From: an uncultured virus (IMG/VR IMGVR_UViG_3300022660_000071)
Taxonomy: Duplodnaviria > Heunggongvirae > Uroviricota > Caudoviricetes
Virus record (IMG/VR): IMGVR_UViG_3300022660_000071
Strand: one strand, 5' to 3'
Length of the DNA: 64,000 nucleotides
Of this stretch, positions 1 through 10,116 are shown one piece after another. The position numbers and the translations under genes were made by a program. The notes below the pieces were generated by a model. That model made no database searches, was not told the origin of the DNA, and worked only from the letters and a program-made list of their open reading frames with translations. Positions within the stretch are counted from its first letter, which is position 1. Every line of letters begins with the position of its first letter.

Positions 1-42
1 TAAGCTTGCTACCGCGACCGTCGTATAATTTAGCAAATAAAA

Positions 43-76
43 AAAGAAGCATTCGTAAGACTACAAATGCTTCTTT
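43..76 (-). terminator. Intrinsic terminator
   Basis: 11-bp inverted repeat AAAGAAGCATT...AATGCTTCTTT followed by a T-run on the minus strand, just after the 85..495 stop. Confidence 0.75.
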
Positions 77-84
77 GTATTTAA

Positions 85-495
85 TTAATTATTATAAAGT
101 TCTTCGTCTGTTAGCGGTTCGCCAACAGGCTCATCAAAATCTACAAAATATTCAAATGGTTCACTACTGTCCATATTTTGTTCTAAAGCGACCTCAGATG
201 TAACAAATTCATCACTAAAAGTGGCTTCAGGTTCGAGTTTAATGGACTCAATAGATTTAGGCTCATTTATAGTCAGTTTATTAGTATTATCATTAAGATT
301 TTCTAAGCCACCAGTAAACACATAATAGCTAGTTAGTAGATTTTTAAGAAGCTGTATTAGTTCAAGATTTTCTTTAGTTGCTTCTATATTTACTATTTGA
401 TTCTGTAAATGCTCAATTTCTTGCCAGCTTTTTACTTCAAGGTCATTTAGAAACTCTTTTGTTACTTGTAATTTATCTTTTAACTCATATTCCAT
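85..495 (-). CDS. Hypothetical protein (acidic C-terminus)
   Basis: ORF track 85..525; start moved to MEYELK, which is preceded by AAGGA. Confidence 0.7.
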   Translation of the reverse strand: MEYELKDKLQVTKEFLNDLEVKSWQEIEHLQNQIVNIEATKENLELIQLLKNLLTSYYVFTGGLENLNDNTNKLTINEPKSIESIKLEPEATFSDEFVTSEVALEQNMDSSEPFEYFVDFDEPVGEPLTDEELYNN

Positions 496-508
496 TTTAT
501 TATTCCTT

Positions 509-2380
509 TTATATATCACTAGCACTAAATGAGAATTGTTGAACTCCGCCTCTGCCTTTTAAATCACGCGGTAATCTTGGGGCATTATAACCATCTTTCC
601 ATAAATACCAAACATACCCAGGTACTGTGTAGGTTAATGGAGGTTTCTTTTGAGGTTCCCACCAATTTTCCATATCATCATCTGTCATAATAATTACATT
701 AGCTGCATTAGTAGAAACTATATTTTTAACAATGTCATTCCAAGCTCTTGTACCACCTTCATCTCGAGCTGACGAAGCATCAGTATGCACATGGTTAGCA
801 AAATAATATATATTTATTTTTATTTTACCGTCTGCTTCCATATCAGCAAGGGCAGAAACGGCTTTTTCACCAATTTTAATATCCGAAGCATCCCATGAGG
901 CAGATTGGTCAAAGTAGAAATCTATCACTGGAATTCTTTTATTATTTAAATCTTGGATACGTTTACCTTGTTGTATTACACCTGCTCCACTATTTCTACG
1001 ACTTATAGCAGACCAAGAGTCATTTCGTTCTTCTTCAGTACTTACTTGAAGCGCAATAGCACGATATAGGCTATTTAAGAAGTCTTGAAAGCCTTTAAAA
1101 GAGCTACGTCCTCTAGCTTGATATTTAGATGCTTCTTTATCTCTAGCTTTTGTAGCTTGATGCTCGTCACGAATTAGTGCAGCATCTTCCGCTGAAAGCT
1201 CATGCTGAGTTTCAGAGCTAGCCATATCTGCTTTTATTTCTTTTGCCTTAAGCTGACGTTCCTCATCAGTAGTAAAAGTTAAGCTTTTATCACCTAATGC
1301 ATCAATAGCATCAAAAACACGGTTAACTAGTAAATTAAACTCTTCATCTGAAACATCTTTAATATTTTTAGGTTTAACTGCCTCTGTCAAAGCTTCAAGA
1401 GCTTCTATAGCTTTTTCAAGTTCTCTTACTAAAGCAGGTGCTGCATTTCTTGCCTTAGCGGCGTCTAGAGTATTTTTAGCGGCCGTTAGAGTACGTTCAC
1501 GTTTAATTTTACGAGCATTAGCTTTTGTTTTTATTTCAGCATCTTCAATATCTTTAAGAGAGTCATCAATTAAATCATCTTCATCAAAATCATCATTAAA
1601 GTCAGCTTCTTCGTCTTCTAAGTCTTCTTCATCAAAATCAGAATCTCCAGAGTCTCCTTCAGAACCTACATCAGAGTCAGATTCGATTTCATCATCGAAG
1701 TCGTCTTCCTCAGCTTCTTCATCTTCGAAGTCATCTTCATCAAAATCATCGCTAGAATCATCTTCACCTTCTAACTCCTCTTCATCCTCTGGATTTTCAT
1801 TGGCATCAATTTCTTTAGAATCGTCATCGTAAAAATTATCATCTTCTAGGTCTTCTTCTGATTCATCTTCTTCACTGCCGACGCTTTCTTTGTCATCATC
1901 AGCAATTTCTTCTATGTCAGAACTAGTATCATTGCTATCTTTAGTGTCTATGTCGTCTTTTTTAGCATCATCTGCTTTTTTAGAACTGTTTGAAGACTCA
2001 TCATTAGTATTAGAAGATTTATTATCAGAAGAATCATCAGAGGAGTCGCTGTCTGAAGAATTACTACCAGAGTCGTTATTTGTAGTATCGCCAGAATCCT
2101 CTTCTGACTTATTACGTTTTACTTGATCTAAGATGTTTTCTTCATCGTTTATTTCTGCGTCTATATCGTCGTCTGCGCTAGAAGGCTGTTTATCTGAGGG
2201 TTGAATTAAATCTGGGTCAATTTCAACATCAACTTCACCGCCAGGAGGTGTCATACCTCCTAAACCACCCATAGGTATTCTAGACTGCAAAATTGCTTGT
2301 ATAGCCTCAGTAGCGCCTTTTTTCGCATCAGGATTTGAAAGATTTAACCCAAGATCCTGTAAAATTTTATTTATATCCAT
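509..2380 (-). CDS. VWA (MIDAS) domain protein with long acidic linker
   Basis: C-terminal FDQSAS (DxSxS), GGT and IIMTDD motifs; ~230-aa D/E/S-rich region; start probably MDINK. Confidence 0.75.
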   Translation of the reverse strand: MDINKILQDLGLNLSNPDAKKGATEAIQAILQSRIPMGGLGGMTPPGGEVDVEIDPDLIQPSDKQPSSADDDIDAEINDEENILDQVKRNKSEEDSGDTTNNDSGSNSSDSDSSDDSSDNKSSNTNDESSNSSKKADDAKKDDIDTKDSNDTSSDIEEIADDDKESVGSEEDESEEDLEDDNFYDDDSKEIDANENPEDEEELEGEDDSSDDFDEDDFEDEEAEEDDFDDEIESDSDVGSEGDSGDSDFDEEDLEDEEADFNDDFDEDDLIDDSLKDIEDAEIKTKANARKIKRERTLTAAKNTLDAAKARNAAPALVRELEKAIEALEALTEAVKPKNIKDVSDEEFNLLVNRVFDAIDALGDKSLTFTTDEERQLKAKEIKADMASSETQHELSAEDAALIRDEHQATKARDKEASKYQARGRSSFKGFQDFLNSLYRAIALQVSTEEERNDSWSAISRRNSGAGVIQQGKRIQDLNNKRIPVIDFYFDQSASWDASDIKIGEKAVSALADMEADGKIKINIYYFANHVHTDASSARDEGGTRAWNDIVKNIVSTNAANVIIMTDDDMENWWEPQKKPPLTYTVPGYVWYLWKDGYNAPRLPRDLKGRGGVQQFSFSASDI

Positions 2381-2399
2381 AATTATTCGCCTCTCAGTA

Positions 2400-3578
2400 C
2401 TATGCGTTAGCAATAGCTGCTTGAATTTGTGCTAAAGTCTCATCGTCAAATTTACTTGAATCTAATTGTTTCATTACTTTATTCCAAGCATCTTTGTATT
2501 CTTGAGAATTTTTCTTACGCTTAATATTAAATTTTAACGGATTATAATTTATATTGCCAACTAAGTTTTTTAGCACATCCATGATAATCATTTTGTCTTC
2601 TGGAGTATATAAAGTACTAATTATATTACCATTAATAGGATGAACTATATCAAAAGTTTCTTGTGGACTTGTCTCAGAAATAGCTTTTACAATATCTAAT
2701 ATAGATTGTTTTTCAGCATCTGACGTTAAATTCTTTAATCCTTCATAAATGTTGGTTATTAGCTTTTTAAATGTTTCTGGCCAGTTTTTATAAATACTAG
2801 ACTTCATAAAAAAGTCAATAGGAGCCTTTATACCAGAAGGACGCATATAATCTCTATATGCTGCAATAGCACCAGTATCACGCGTACTTCCACTGCCAAC
2901 TATCTCAATTTGATCATATATTTGTTTATTATTAGCAAATTTTGACTTCGGTTGCCAGTAAGGATCACTTCTAATTTCACTATTAATTCTAATTAACTCT
3001 TTAGAAAGCTCGTCATACATTTGTTCTAAAGGCATTTTGTCCCAGCCACGATGATCTTCAGTAACTAAGCCACCAATAACCTTACCATTCAGCTGCATTT
3101 TTCTTACAACATCTTTATCTGCAGCGGTATATCGTTTATTAGAAATTTCAAAATCTTCTATAATATTTAAAAGGGTATGAAGACTAGAACTATATTTAAT
3201 ACGTTCATAGGCCTCATCTGGGTCATTTGCGTGTAATTTCTTAAATATGTGCATTAATCTAATCTGATGCATCATTAAATTATGTGCCATTTCGTGGCGT
3301 AGTAAAACATCTAGCTGATTAAAAATACCTTGTCCACCACCAAGAAACCCATCACTGATAAACACTGTTGCGTCATCAAAAGATATAGCTGCAGTAAAAT
3401 CAGGATGCTTTTTAGAGTCTATAATATTAAAATCTAGCTTCCAAAAGCGTTCTGCGTATTTTCTATGACCTCTGTCTATTAAAAGCTGACAGAGAGCTTT
3501 TTTAACTTTTCGTTCTCTGTCAGTCATAAAGTGCCTAGTAATATCAGAAGACTCAAGCAATGCTCTATTTATTTGCAT
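2400..3578 (-). CDS. HExxH metallopeptidase-like protein (DUF2201 N-terminal type, MoxR-associated)
   Basis: LLRHEMAHNLMMH and NIIEDFEISN motifs; lies between the AAA+ and VWA genes. Confidence 0.7.
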   Translation of the reverse strand: MQINRALLESSDITRHFMTDRERKVKKALCQLLIDRGHRKYAERFWKLDFNIIDSKKHPDFTAAISFDDATVFISDGFLGGGQGIFNQLDVLLRHEMAHNLMMHQIRLMHIFKKLHANDPDEAYERIKYSSSLHTLLNIIEDFEISNKRYTAADKDVVRKMQLNGKVIGGLVTEDHRGWDKMPLEQMYDELSKELIRINSEIRSDPYWQPKSKFANNKQIYDQIEIVGSGSTRDTGAIAAYRDYMRPSGIKAPIDFFMKSSIYKNWPETFKKLITNIYEGLKNLTSDAEKQSILDIVKAISETSPQETFDIVHPINGNIISTLYTPEDKMIIMDVLKNLVGNINYNPLKFNIKRKKNSQEYKDAWNKVMKQLDSSKFDDETLAQIQAAIANA

Positions 3579-3604
3579 AGTATAATCTCCTTAATTTAAA
3601 GTTA

Positions 3605-5029
3605 TTATAGGCTAAAATCAAAGCCTTTAATACGATTTAAAGCGTCTGACGCACTTACTTTTGCAGCTTGGCCAGCAGCTGATGTTGTGCTACCGAATAA
3701 GTCTGTATCAGATTCATCACCGTCTGTTCCAAATACGCTGTCAAAATCATCACTATCAGTAGTATTATTTGTTGTAACTGAAGTATCCGAAGCGTCTGAA
3801 GTGTCAGTAGCAGCGGTTTCATCACCGGCTGTTGGGACTTTTACATCAGGCTCATCCCAAGAATCTAAAATGTCGTGAATATTTTGTTTGTCTTTATCAA
3901 GGAAACCTGAATATTTATCTACCCAATTTAAGAACTTTTGTTTACTGTATCCGTGGGACATAAGTGCATCAGTTAATGCACGTTGGTTAAGCATTGTAGC
4001 TTTTTCATTGAATAAGTCAAGTAAGTCATCACGTTTGTCAAATTCAAAACGGTAATCAGTTAAAAGAGCTCTAGCAAGATTTAAGATTTTTGTATAACGA
4101 ATATACATAAAGGCATAGTTAGGACTATTTGGGTCAAGCTCTTTTATTAATTTATTTAAGTAGAAATTTGTATACTTAATAGCTTCGTCAGGCTTAGAAT
4201 CCCAATCTAATTTATTTACGAAACGGGACATTTCTGCATCGTTTAAGTCCATAGCACCTGGGTCAGTAGGAACTGATGGGTTAATACATGCTACAGTAAA
4301 TAATAAATTATCAAAGCGTCTAAAACCATCTTTATCTTTACCTTCTACTTTGTGTTCATTTATTAGTGTCAATAATGTAGCACGAAGTTTTGGTGCAGCA
4401 CGATTAAATTCATCTAAGAATAATACTGAACGTTCACGGTCTAATTTGTTAAGTGCCTTAGAAAATGCACGGTCAACTACATGCACAGTATTACCGTCCG
4501 CATCAGTTTCAGTAGTGCTAATTGGGAAACCGTTAAGAATAGCACCAAGGTCATCATTTTTTGCATTTAAATAGAAATCATTCACGCCACGTGATTTTGC
4601 CCATTCCTTAAATATTCCAGTTTTACCAGAACCAGGTAATCCGCAAACAAGTAAATCTACGCCATCGTGTGTACCTGATGAATGAGCTACTAAAGCATTA
4701 GCAAGGCAATCATCTAACATATCAGTAAATTCGCTTTTTACATCTACTGGGGCCCAAGCTGCAGCGTCAAAACCGCTTGCGTAAGTTTTAATTTCATTAG
4801 CAATTTTTTTAGCATTTACATCAGAATAAGTTTCTTTACCATCAGAAGCTTCTTTAGCAGCATCTTTTATAGCTGTAGCAATTTCATCTATTGAAGCATC
4901 TACAACGTCATCAATAACCATATCTTCAGTAGATTCAGCAGATGTTTCTTCTGTTTCAACAGCGTCTTCTAAAAGTTCAATTTCTTTTGTAAGTGCGCTT
5001 TCATTTAAATTTTGTTTTTTTATTTTCAT
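3605..5029 (-). CDS. MoxR-like AAA+ ATPase
   Basis: Walker A GLPGSGKT, Walker B LFLDEFNRA, ACINP sensor and SRF arginine finger. Confidence 0.85.
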   Translation of the reverse strand: MKIKKQNLNESALTKEIELLEDAVETEETSAESTEDMVIDDVVDASIDEIATAIKDAAKEASDGKETYSDVNAKKIANEIKTYASGFDAAAWAPVDVKSEFTDMLDDCLANALVAHSSGTHDGVDLLVCGLPGSGKTGIFKEWAKSRGVNDFYLNAKNDDLGAILNGFPISTTETDADGNTVHVVDRAFSKALNKLDRERSVLFLDEFNRAAPKLRATLLTLINEHKVEGKDKDGFRRFDNLLFTVACINPSVPTDPGAMDLNDAEMSRFVNKLDWDSKPDEAIKYTNFYLNKLIKELDPNSPNYAFMYIRYTKILNLARALLTDYRFEFDKRDDLLDLFNEKATMLNQRALTDALMSHGYSKQKFLNWVDKYSGFLDKDKQNIHDILDSWDEPDVKVPTAGDETAATDTSDASDTSVTTNNTTDSDDFDSVFGTDGDESDTDLFGSTTSAAGQAAKVSASDALNRIKGFDFSL

Positions 5030-5051
5030 AATAAACTTCCTATCCTCCGAA

Positions 5052-6095
5052 TTAGTCTCTACGCATCCAGTCGTGGAGCTCTCTAAGTTCTTCTTTAGTG
5101 TAATCTTTAGTGGCCTTTTCCCAGCATTCGCCCCTTTCTTCTGTTAATTTTGCAGCCTCAGTTAAGGCTTCATTTAATGTCTTTGCACTAACTGCTACAG
5201 TACCAAATTCAGTACCTACAAGGAAATAACCGTTAGGGTCGGCTGTCATTTTAACGACACGTAAGTTAACTATATTTGCAGGAACTCGATTATTTTGAAC
5301 AATTTTATCTAAGAATGCTTGAGCACTGTTAGGATCATCAAAATAGCAAGTGCAGTCTGTATAACCATTACCGCTACTAATAAAAATTTTATTAGTACCA
5401 TTAGTTTCGCCGGAAGCACTTAAAGGTTTAATAAATACGTTAGGAGTATTTTTACCAACTTTATCTGCAATAATTTTATAAATTAAACTGCCACCAGCCA
5501 TAACCTTTTGGCCAGGAGTACCAGCACCACCACTAACATCTTGTAAATCTCTGACATTTCCTGATTGAGGACCTGAAGACTTATACCCATTTTGAGGTGC
5601 TGATTTAACAGTACCAGTAGTAGCATTTCCAGTATTTGAGCTACTGGTAGTTTTAGTTTTTGGAGCTTTTGGATCTTTAACAGCAGAAATATATCTGCCA
5701 TATTTGTATACCATTATACCTAAAACAGTTTTCTTAAATTCATCTATTTCATAGGGTGTTCTAATAGTGTCATCCCAGTATAGATTAAGAAGCTCAGCCA
5801 TATAAACAATAGCTTTTGCTATAGCTTCTACTTTGAAACGTTTCCAACCTCCACCATTTAACGTAGCTTGGAAGCTTTCACCAGATAATCGATTAATGCT
5901 GCTATCAATATCTTTAAACTCTCTATTTATAAGTTCGTCAGAAATTGCTTGTGATGCTTTAACTTCTTCAGGATACGTAAAAACACGAGTCGAATTCTGA
6001 CGTTGTGAACCACGAACACCTGCAGCAACCATTACATCGTGCATAAAAGACTTTGCTGCTGCTTGCATTTCTGGTGTGGTAAAAATACTAGCCAT
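5052..6095 (-). CDS. Hypothetical protein, likely late/virion-associated
   Basis: 347-aa ORF with AAGGAG RBS directly after the GCTAAATTA motif at 6141. Confidence 0.6.
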   Translation of the reverse strand: MASIFTTPEMQAAAKSFMHDVMVAAGVRGSQRQNSTRVFTYPEEVKASQAISDELINREFKDIDSSINRLSGESFQATLNGGGWKRFKVEAIAKAIVYMAELLNLYWDDTIRTPYEIDEFKKTVLGIMVYKYGRYISAVKDPKAPKTKTTSSSNTGNATTGTVKSAPQNGYKSSGPQSGNVRDLQDVSGGAGTPGQKVMAGGSLIYKIIADKVGKNTPNVFIKPLSASGETNGTNKIFISSGNGYTDCTCYFDDPNSAQAFLDKIVQNNRVPANIVNLRVVKMTADPNGYFLVGTEFGTVAVSAKTLNEALTEAAKLTEERGECWEKATKDYTKEELRELHDWMRRD

Positions 6096-6140
6096 TTATT
6101 AATTCTCCTTTAATTTTTTATACTTATAAAATAATCTAAT

Positions 6141-6149
6141 TAATTTAGC
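6141..6149 (-). promoter_or_regulatory. Putative late promoter GCTAAATTA (one of 14 intergenic copies)
   Basis: Copies at 26, 6141, 8996 (variant), 20641, 22935, 23263, 25770, 30036, 34214, 38175, 42012, 44092, 48402 and 60174, all in the same orientation. Confidence 0.7.
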
Positions 6150-6177
6150 AATTAAAATGCTTTGATCTATTAAATTA

Positions 6178-8019
6178 TTAGTCAATGCTAATAATTCCTC
6201 TACATTTTGGGTAAGTAGAACATCCATAAAATAATTTTCCAAATCTGCTTCTTCTAACCACCATCGGTTTTCCGCAGATTGGACATTCCCTTTCTGGTAA
6301 CTCCGGAGCAATACCGGTCTCATTTGTGGTACCAATAACTTCTTGTATATTTTTATAGAAAATTTCCATAAAGTCTAACCAGTTAGTTTTTCCGTCAGCA
6401 ATTTTATCTAAGCTTTCTTCCATTTCTTTAGTATAATTTAAATTTATTAACGTTGGAAATGACCTATCACAGTAATCAGCTAACTGCATACCACGGTCAG
6501 TTGGAACAATGTGCTTTTCTTCTAAATTAGCATATCCGCGTGTTGGGCTCAACACTGTTTCAACTATTGTCGCATAAGTACTAGGACGTCCAATTGATCT
6601 AGACTGAAGTTCTTTTACTAGTCCAGCCTCAGTAAATCTACTTTTTGGTTTTGTAAATGACTGTACTGATTCAAGTTCAGTATTTTCCAAAAGCTCTCCT
6701 ACTGTGAATACTGGTAGCGTGCACAGTGCTTGGCCATCATCAAATTCATAAACTTCTTTATAGCCTGCTTTTATAAGCTCTTTAGAACTAAGCACGAACT
6801 TGTGGTTGTTATTATTTATTATATAAACAGTTTCAGAAATAGTGGCATTTGGCATAGCTGTAGCAATAGTACGTTGCCAGATTAGCCTATAAACTTTTAC
6901 TAGTAAATTAGCAGCTCCTGTTGCTTCAAAAGCCGCAGGTGTTAAAGTGGGATCTGTTATTCTAAGAGCCTCATGGCCATTTTGGTCAGTTTCTTTCTTT
7001 TTAGCTTTTCTAGGTCCAACGTATTTATCAGTACCATAGGTAGTTTCAATATAAGCTTTTAACGCTGGAATAAATTCAGGTGCTAGTTCAGTAGAGTCTG
7101 TTCTATGGTATGTAATTTTTCCACTTTCAAAAAGTTTTTGCGCACAGCTCATCGCATCTTTAACTTTTAATCCAAGTTTGTTCGCAGCTTCTTGCTGAAA
7201 AGTGGCCGTGCAAAAAGGTGGCTTTGGAGACTCTTGATGCTTTATTGTTTTTATATTTTCAATAACATAAGTACCGCCTTTGCAATTATTTATAACTGCG
7301 TCAACGTCGACCTGCTTAGTAAATTTTTCAATAACCTCATCATTATACCCAGAATACTTTGCCTTAAAAGATACACCGTTTTTTGTAAAATTTAAATACA
7401 AATTAAAGTACATTTCCGGTATAAAGTCAGATATTTCTTTTTCTCTGTCAGATACTAGTTTAAGGCCGACTGACTGACAGCGACCTACTGATTTTGCACC
7501 AAGATATTTTTTAGCAAGTGGCGACAAGCCATAACCAATTAACTTATCTATCATCATTCTAGTAAGTCCAGCATTTACAAGGTTATCGTCAAAAGCTACT
7601 GGGTTTTCTAATGCCTGAATAACGGCTTTTGGAGTAATTTCGTGAAAAGTAGCACGAAAACATTTATCAGTATCTAGCTTACAAAATTTAATGATGCTCC
7701 ACGAAATTAATTCACCTTCGCGATCAGCATCAGAGCAAAGATAAATTTTATCAGCCTTTTTGGCTTGCATTGTTATTTCATTTACAACTTTTTGTTTACC
7801 TTCCGCTACAGCTAAATTCATTTTAAATTTTTGTTTTGGATAAATTCCTGAGTTGTAGGCAGGGCCGCCATCATTTAGTACCATAATATGCCCAACTGAA
7901 GCAAGCACCACTGCTTTAGCGTAACCAGCATTTTTTAAAATACTTGAAATAGTTTTAACTTTATTTGGAGACTCCACGATTACAAGTATTTTGTCAGTGT
8001 TGGTTTTAGTTTTGCTCAT
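6178..8019 (-). CDS. topA: DNA topoisomerase IA
   Basis: IVESPNK, SVGHI, DADREGE, GRCQS, ITYHRTDS (catalytic Tyr), GRPSTY and a C-terminal zinc ribbon. Confidence 0.95.
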   Translation of the reverse strand: MSKTKTNTDKILVIVESPNKVKTISSILKNAGYAKAVVLASVGHIMVLNDGGPAYNSGIYPKQKFKMNLAVAEGKQKVVNEITMQAKKADKIYLCSDADREGELISWSIIKFCKLDTDKCFRATFHEITPKAVIQALENPVAFDDNLVNAGLTRMMIDKLIGYGLSPLAKKYLGAKSVGRCQSVGLKLVSDREKEISDFIPEMYFNLYLNFTKNGVSFKAKYSGYNDEVIEKFTKQVDVDAVINNCKGGTYVIENIKTIKHQESPKPPFCTATFQQEAANKLGLKVKDAMSCAQKLFESGKITYHRTDSTELAPEFIPALKAYIETTYGTDKYVGPRKAKKKETDQNGHEALRITDPTLTPAAFEATGAANLLVKVYRLIWQRTIATAMPNATISETVYIINNNNHKFVLSSKELIKAGYKEVYEFDDGQALCTLPVFTVGELLENTELESVQSFTKPKSRFTEAGLVKELQSRSIGRPSTYATIVETVLSPTRGYANLEEKHIVPTDRGMQLADYCDRSFPTLINLNYTKEMEESLDKIADGKTNWLDFMEIFYKNIQEVIGTTNETGIAPELPERECPICGKPMVVRRSRFGKLFYGCSTYPKCRGIISID

Positions 8020-8158
8020 TTTCTAACTCCTTTCGTAGAGCTTCTTCTAACAGTTGTCTAATTACTGCTGAAATACTTACAGAGCGTTTAAATGCTTCAA
8101 TACGCAAGGCCTCTCTAAGCTCATCTGGTATTTCTAAACTTATCATCTTTTTTGCCAT
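8006..8158 (-). CDS. Small ribbon-helix-helix (CopG-like) DNA-binding protein, 50 aa, not in ORF track
   Basis: Hand translation MAKKMISLEIPDELREALRIEAFKRSVSISAVIRQLLEEALRKELENEQN; AGGAG RBS; overlaps the topA start. Confidence 0.75.
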   Translation of the reverse strand: MAKKMISLEIPDELREALRIEAFKRSVSISAVIRQLLEEALRKELENEQN

Positions 8159-8170
8159 AAAATTCTCCTA

Positions 8171-8947
8171 TTATCTGCTAACACGTTTAACAAAGTTTTT
8201 AAACTCTGCTTGCTGCATTAGTTTTTGTTGTTTGCCTGCATTAAATATTGCTTTATTTGCAGCTTTTTTAGCCTTAGCCCTGTTAGCAGTTTCACTTTCA
8301 GGTTCAATAACAGCTATACGTCCGTTAATAACGCCTTCAGTAAATTTCAAATGATTAAAATCTTTTTTCGCTGTTTCATCTGATTCGATAACTGTTTTTA
8401 GACTTTCTAAACGCGCAGGTAAGAAGGTATCTTTGTAGAATGGAATAATTTCAGCTAAATCAGAATCTTCAATTTTACCATCTTTTTCGATATCCGACAC
8501 CAACCCAAGTTCACTTGGAAGTACGCCATCTAAAATTTGAGCTTGTTGATCAAAAAGACTGGCTGCAACTCCAACAAGTTTATTATCTTCATAATCAAAA
8601 TTATCGTTATAATAAACAACTGTAATTTCTTCAGGTCTGCCTATTACAATTTCTTTACCCGGCATCGAGCTACAAGTTTCAACAACAATATTTAAACCTT
8701 TCTTTTTTGTAATAATTGGGTTTATAAATGTTTTAATTTGGTCGTTAAATCTTAAACAAAAAATACGCTTATTGATACCAATTTGAGGAGCAGATAGCGC
8801 CAAGACTTCTGAATTAGCTTCAAGCACCTCTTTAATCTTAGTAATAATTTCAGTACCTTCTTCTTTTTGTGCACCTTTTTCGGTTAAAAAAGTTAATGGT
8901 TCTGACGCATTTGTCAAAAGTTCAACATTAGTAATAATTTTTTCCAT
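8171..8947 (-). CDS. Peptide deformylase-like protein, metal-binding motif degenerate
   Basis: LSAPQIG, FINP and ETCSSMPG match PDF motifs, but HExxH is replaced by QQAQI. Confidence 0.75.
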   Translation of the reverse strand: MEKIITNVELLTNASEPLTFLTEKGAQKEEGTEIITKIKEVLEANSEVLALSAPQIGINKRIFCLRFNDQIKTFINPIITKKKGLNIVVETCSSMPGKEIVIGRPEEITVVYYNDNFDYEDNKLVGVAASLFDQQAQILDGVLPSELGLVSDIEKDGKIEDSDLAEIIPFYKDTFLPARLESLKTVIESDETAKKDFNHLKFTEGVINGRIAVIEPESETANRAKAKKAANKAIFNAGKQQKLMQQAEFKNFVKRVSR

Positions 8948-9065
8948 ATTAATTTTCACCTTTATATAATTTTACTATACAATATATTATACATTAAATT
9001 TAGCAAATTTTTAATGTTATTAAATTAATAAATTAATAATTCAATAATTTTTAAAAAGCAAGCAT

Positions 9066-9434
9066 TTATTGCTTGCTTTCTTTTTTAAGCGTATTAAGCG
9101 CAGCTTTAAAATGAATAAGTGCATCCGAATTTTCAGCTTTTACTGAATCTAAATCTGCTCCCAATTTCTTAAGTTCTTCTAAAATTGTTTTGTATTGTTT
9201 TACATATTGTGTTTTTTTAGCTTTACGCTTAGGCATATCTAAAAGGTACATAATATACACAAGCCTATGATAATTAGTTTCGAGTGCTGCAACATTGTTC
9301 ATCGCTTCTTGCATTTGTTCTTCTGTTATAAAACCTTCTTTTAACGCCTCTTCAAAATCAGCTAAATTTTGTTTTTCTTCTAAATATTGACTGAGCATTG
9401 TATAAAAATACTCTCTTACATCTTTTACTGCCAT
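9066..9434 (-). CDS. Hypothetical protein
   Basis: 122-aa ORF with RBS in a tightly packed operon. Confidence 0.7.
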   Translation of the reverse strand: MAVKDVREYFYTMLSQYLEEKQNLADFEEALKEGFITEEQMQEAMNNVAALETNYHRLVYIMYLLDMPKRKAKKTQYVKQYKTILEELKKLGADLDSVKAENSDALIHFKAALNTLKKESKQ

Positions 9435-9445
9435 AACATAACTCC

Positions 9446-9808
9446 TTAAGATAATTTAAATAATTGCTGTATTTCAGGAAAATTTTGCCACGCTTCATAT
9501 TCAGTAATTTCTTCTACTAAAGAAACTTCTTTTTTGAAGTCATTTATAAATTTATCTATCTCTTTTTCTATCTTAGATTCTTTATAATCCATTTTTTTAT
9601 ATTCCACTTCAAAACCATCAATTAACATATCAATATCTGGACATACTGGTCCAAACTTAATAATAGATGTTTTGCCAAATACAGTTTTTGTAATAATAAA
9701 ATACTCACAAGCATCTTTTTCTTTAGTGCAGCGTAAGGCCATATTTCCAATATCAACTATGTCTATCATCTCATTAAAAGTTCTAGTTGCTGAATACTCA
9801 AAAATCAT
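9446..9808 (-). CDS. Hypothetical protein
   Basis: 120-aa ORF; TAATG coupling with the upstream gene. Confidence 0.7.
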   Translation of the reverse strand: MIFEYSATRTFNEMIDIVDIGNMALRCTKEKDACEYFIITKTVFGKTSIIKFGPVCPDIDMLIDGFEVEYKKMDYKESKIEKEIDKFINDFKKEVSLVEEITEYEAWQNFPEIQQLFKLS

Positions 9809-10116
9809 TATTTTTCAAAGCCTCCGATTTTTAGATAGTATTTGTCATTATCAAAGTCTGCAATTAAGAAAATATTATATTTTTGATTATCTTCTTCTAA
9901 TTCAAAATAATTAGTAACTTTTACAGTAGAATTGTTTGTATTTGTGCCAAAAGTAGGATATTCTGTATCAATAGCATTTTTACTTAACTTTGTGTACATC
10001 TTAGCATATTCGTTGCTATCAGTTATGTCAATAACATAAAATTTGTTATCATATCTACCTGTTTCTTCCAGTTCTAAACGGGCCAAGATTTTTTGTATTG
10101 TACTATTCGTTTCCAT
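9808..10116 (-). CDS. Hypothetical protein
   Basis: Start moved to METNS after AGGAGG. Confidence 0.7.
   Translation of the reverse strand: METNSTIQKILARLELEETGRYDNKFYVIDITDSNEYAKMYTKLSKNAIDTEYPTFGTNTNNSTVKVTNYFELEEDNQKYNIFLIADFDNDKYYLKIGGFEK

Noticed and set aside
1560..2180. Repetitive TCA/TCT-rich tract as a repeat array
   Set aside because: It is simply the Asp/Glu/Ser low-complexity linker of the VWA protein
6099..6335. Alternative-frame minus-strand ORFs (6099..6335, 5483..5701, 21103..21339, 31042..31281)
   Set aside because: They are out-of-frame overlaps within established genes and have no supporting RBS or motif
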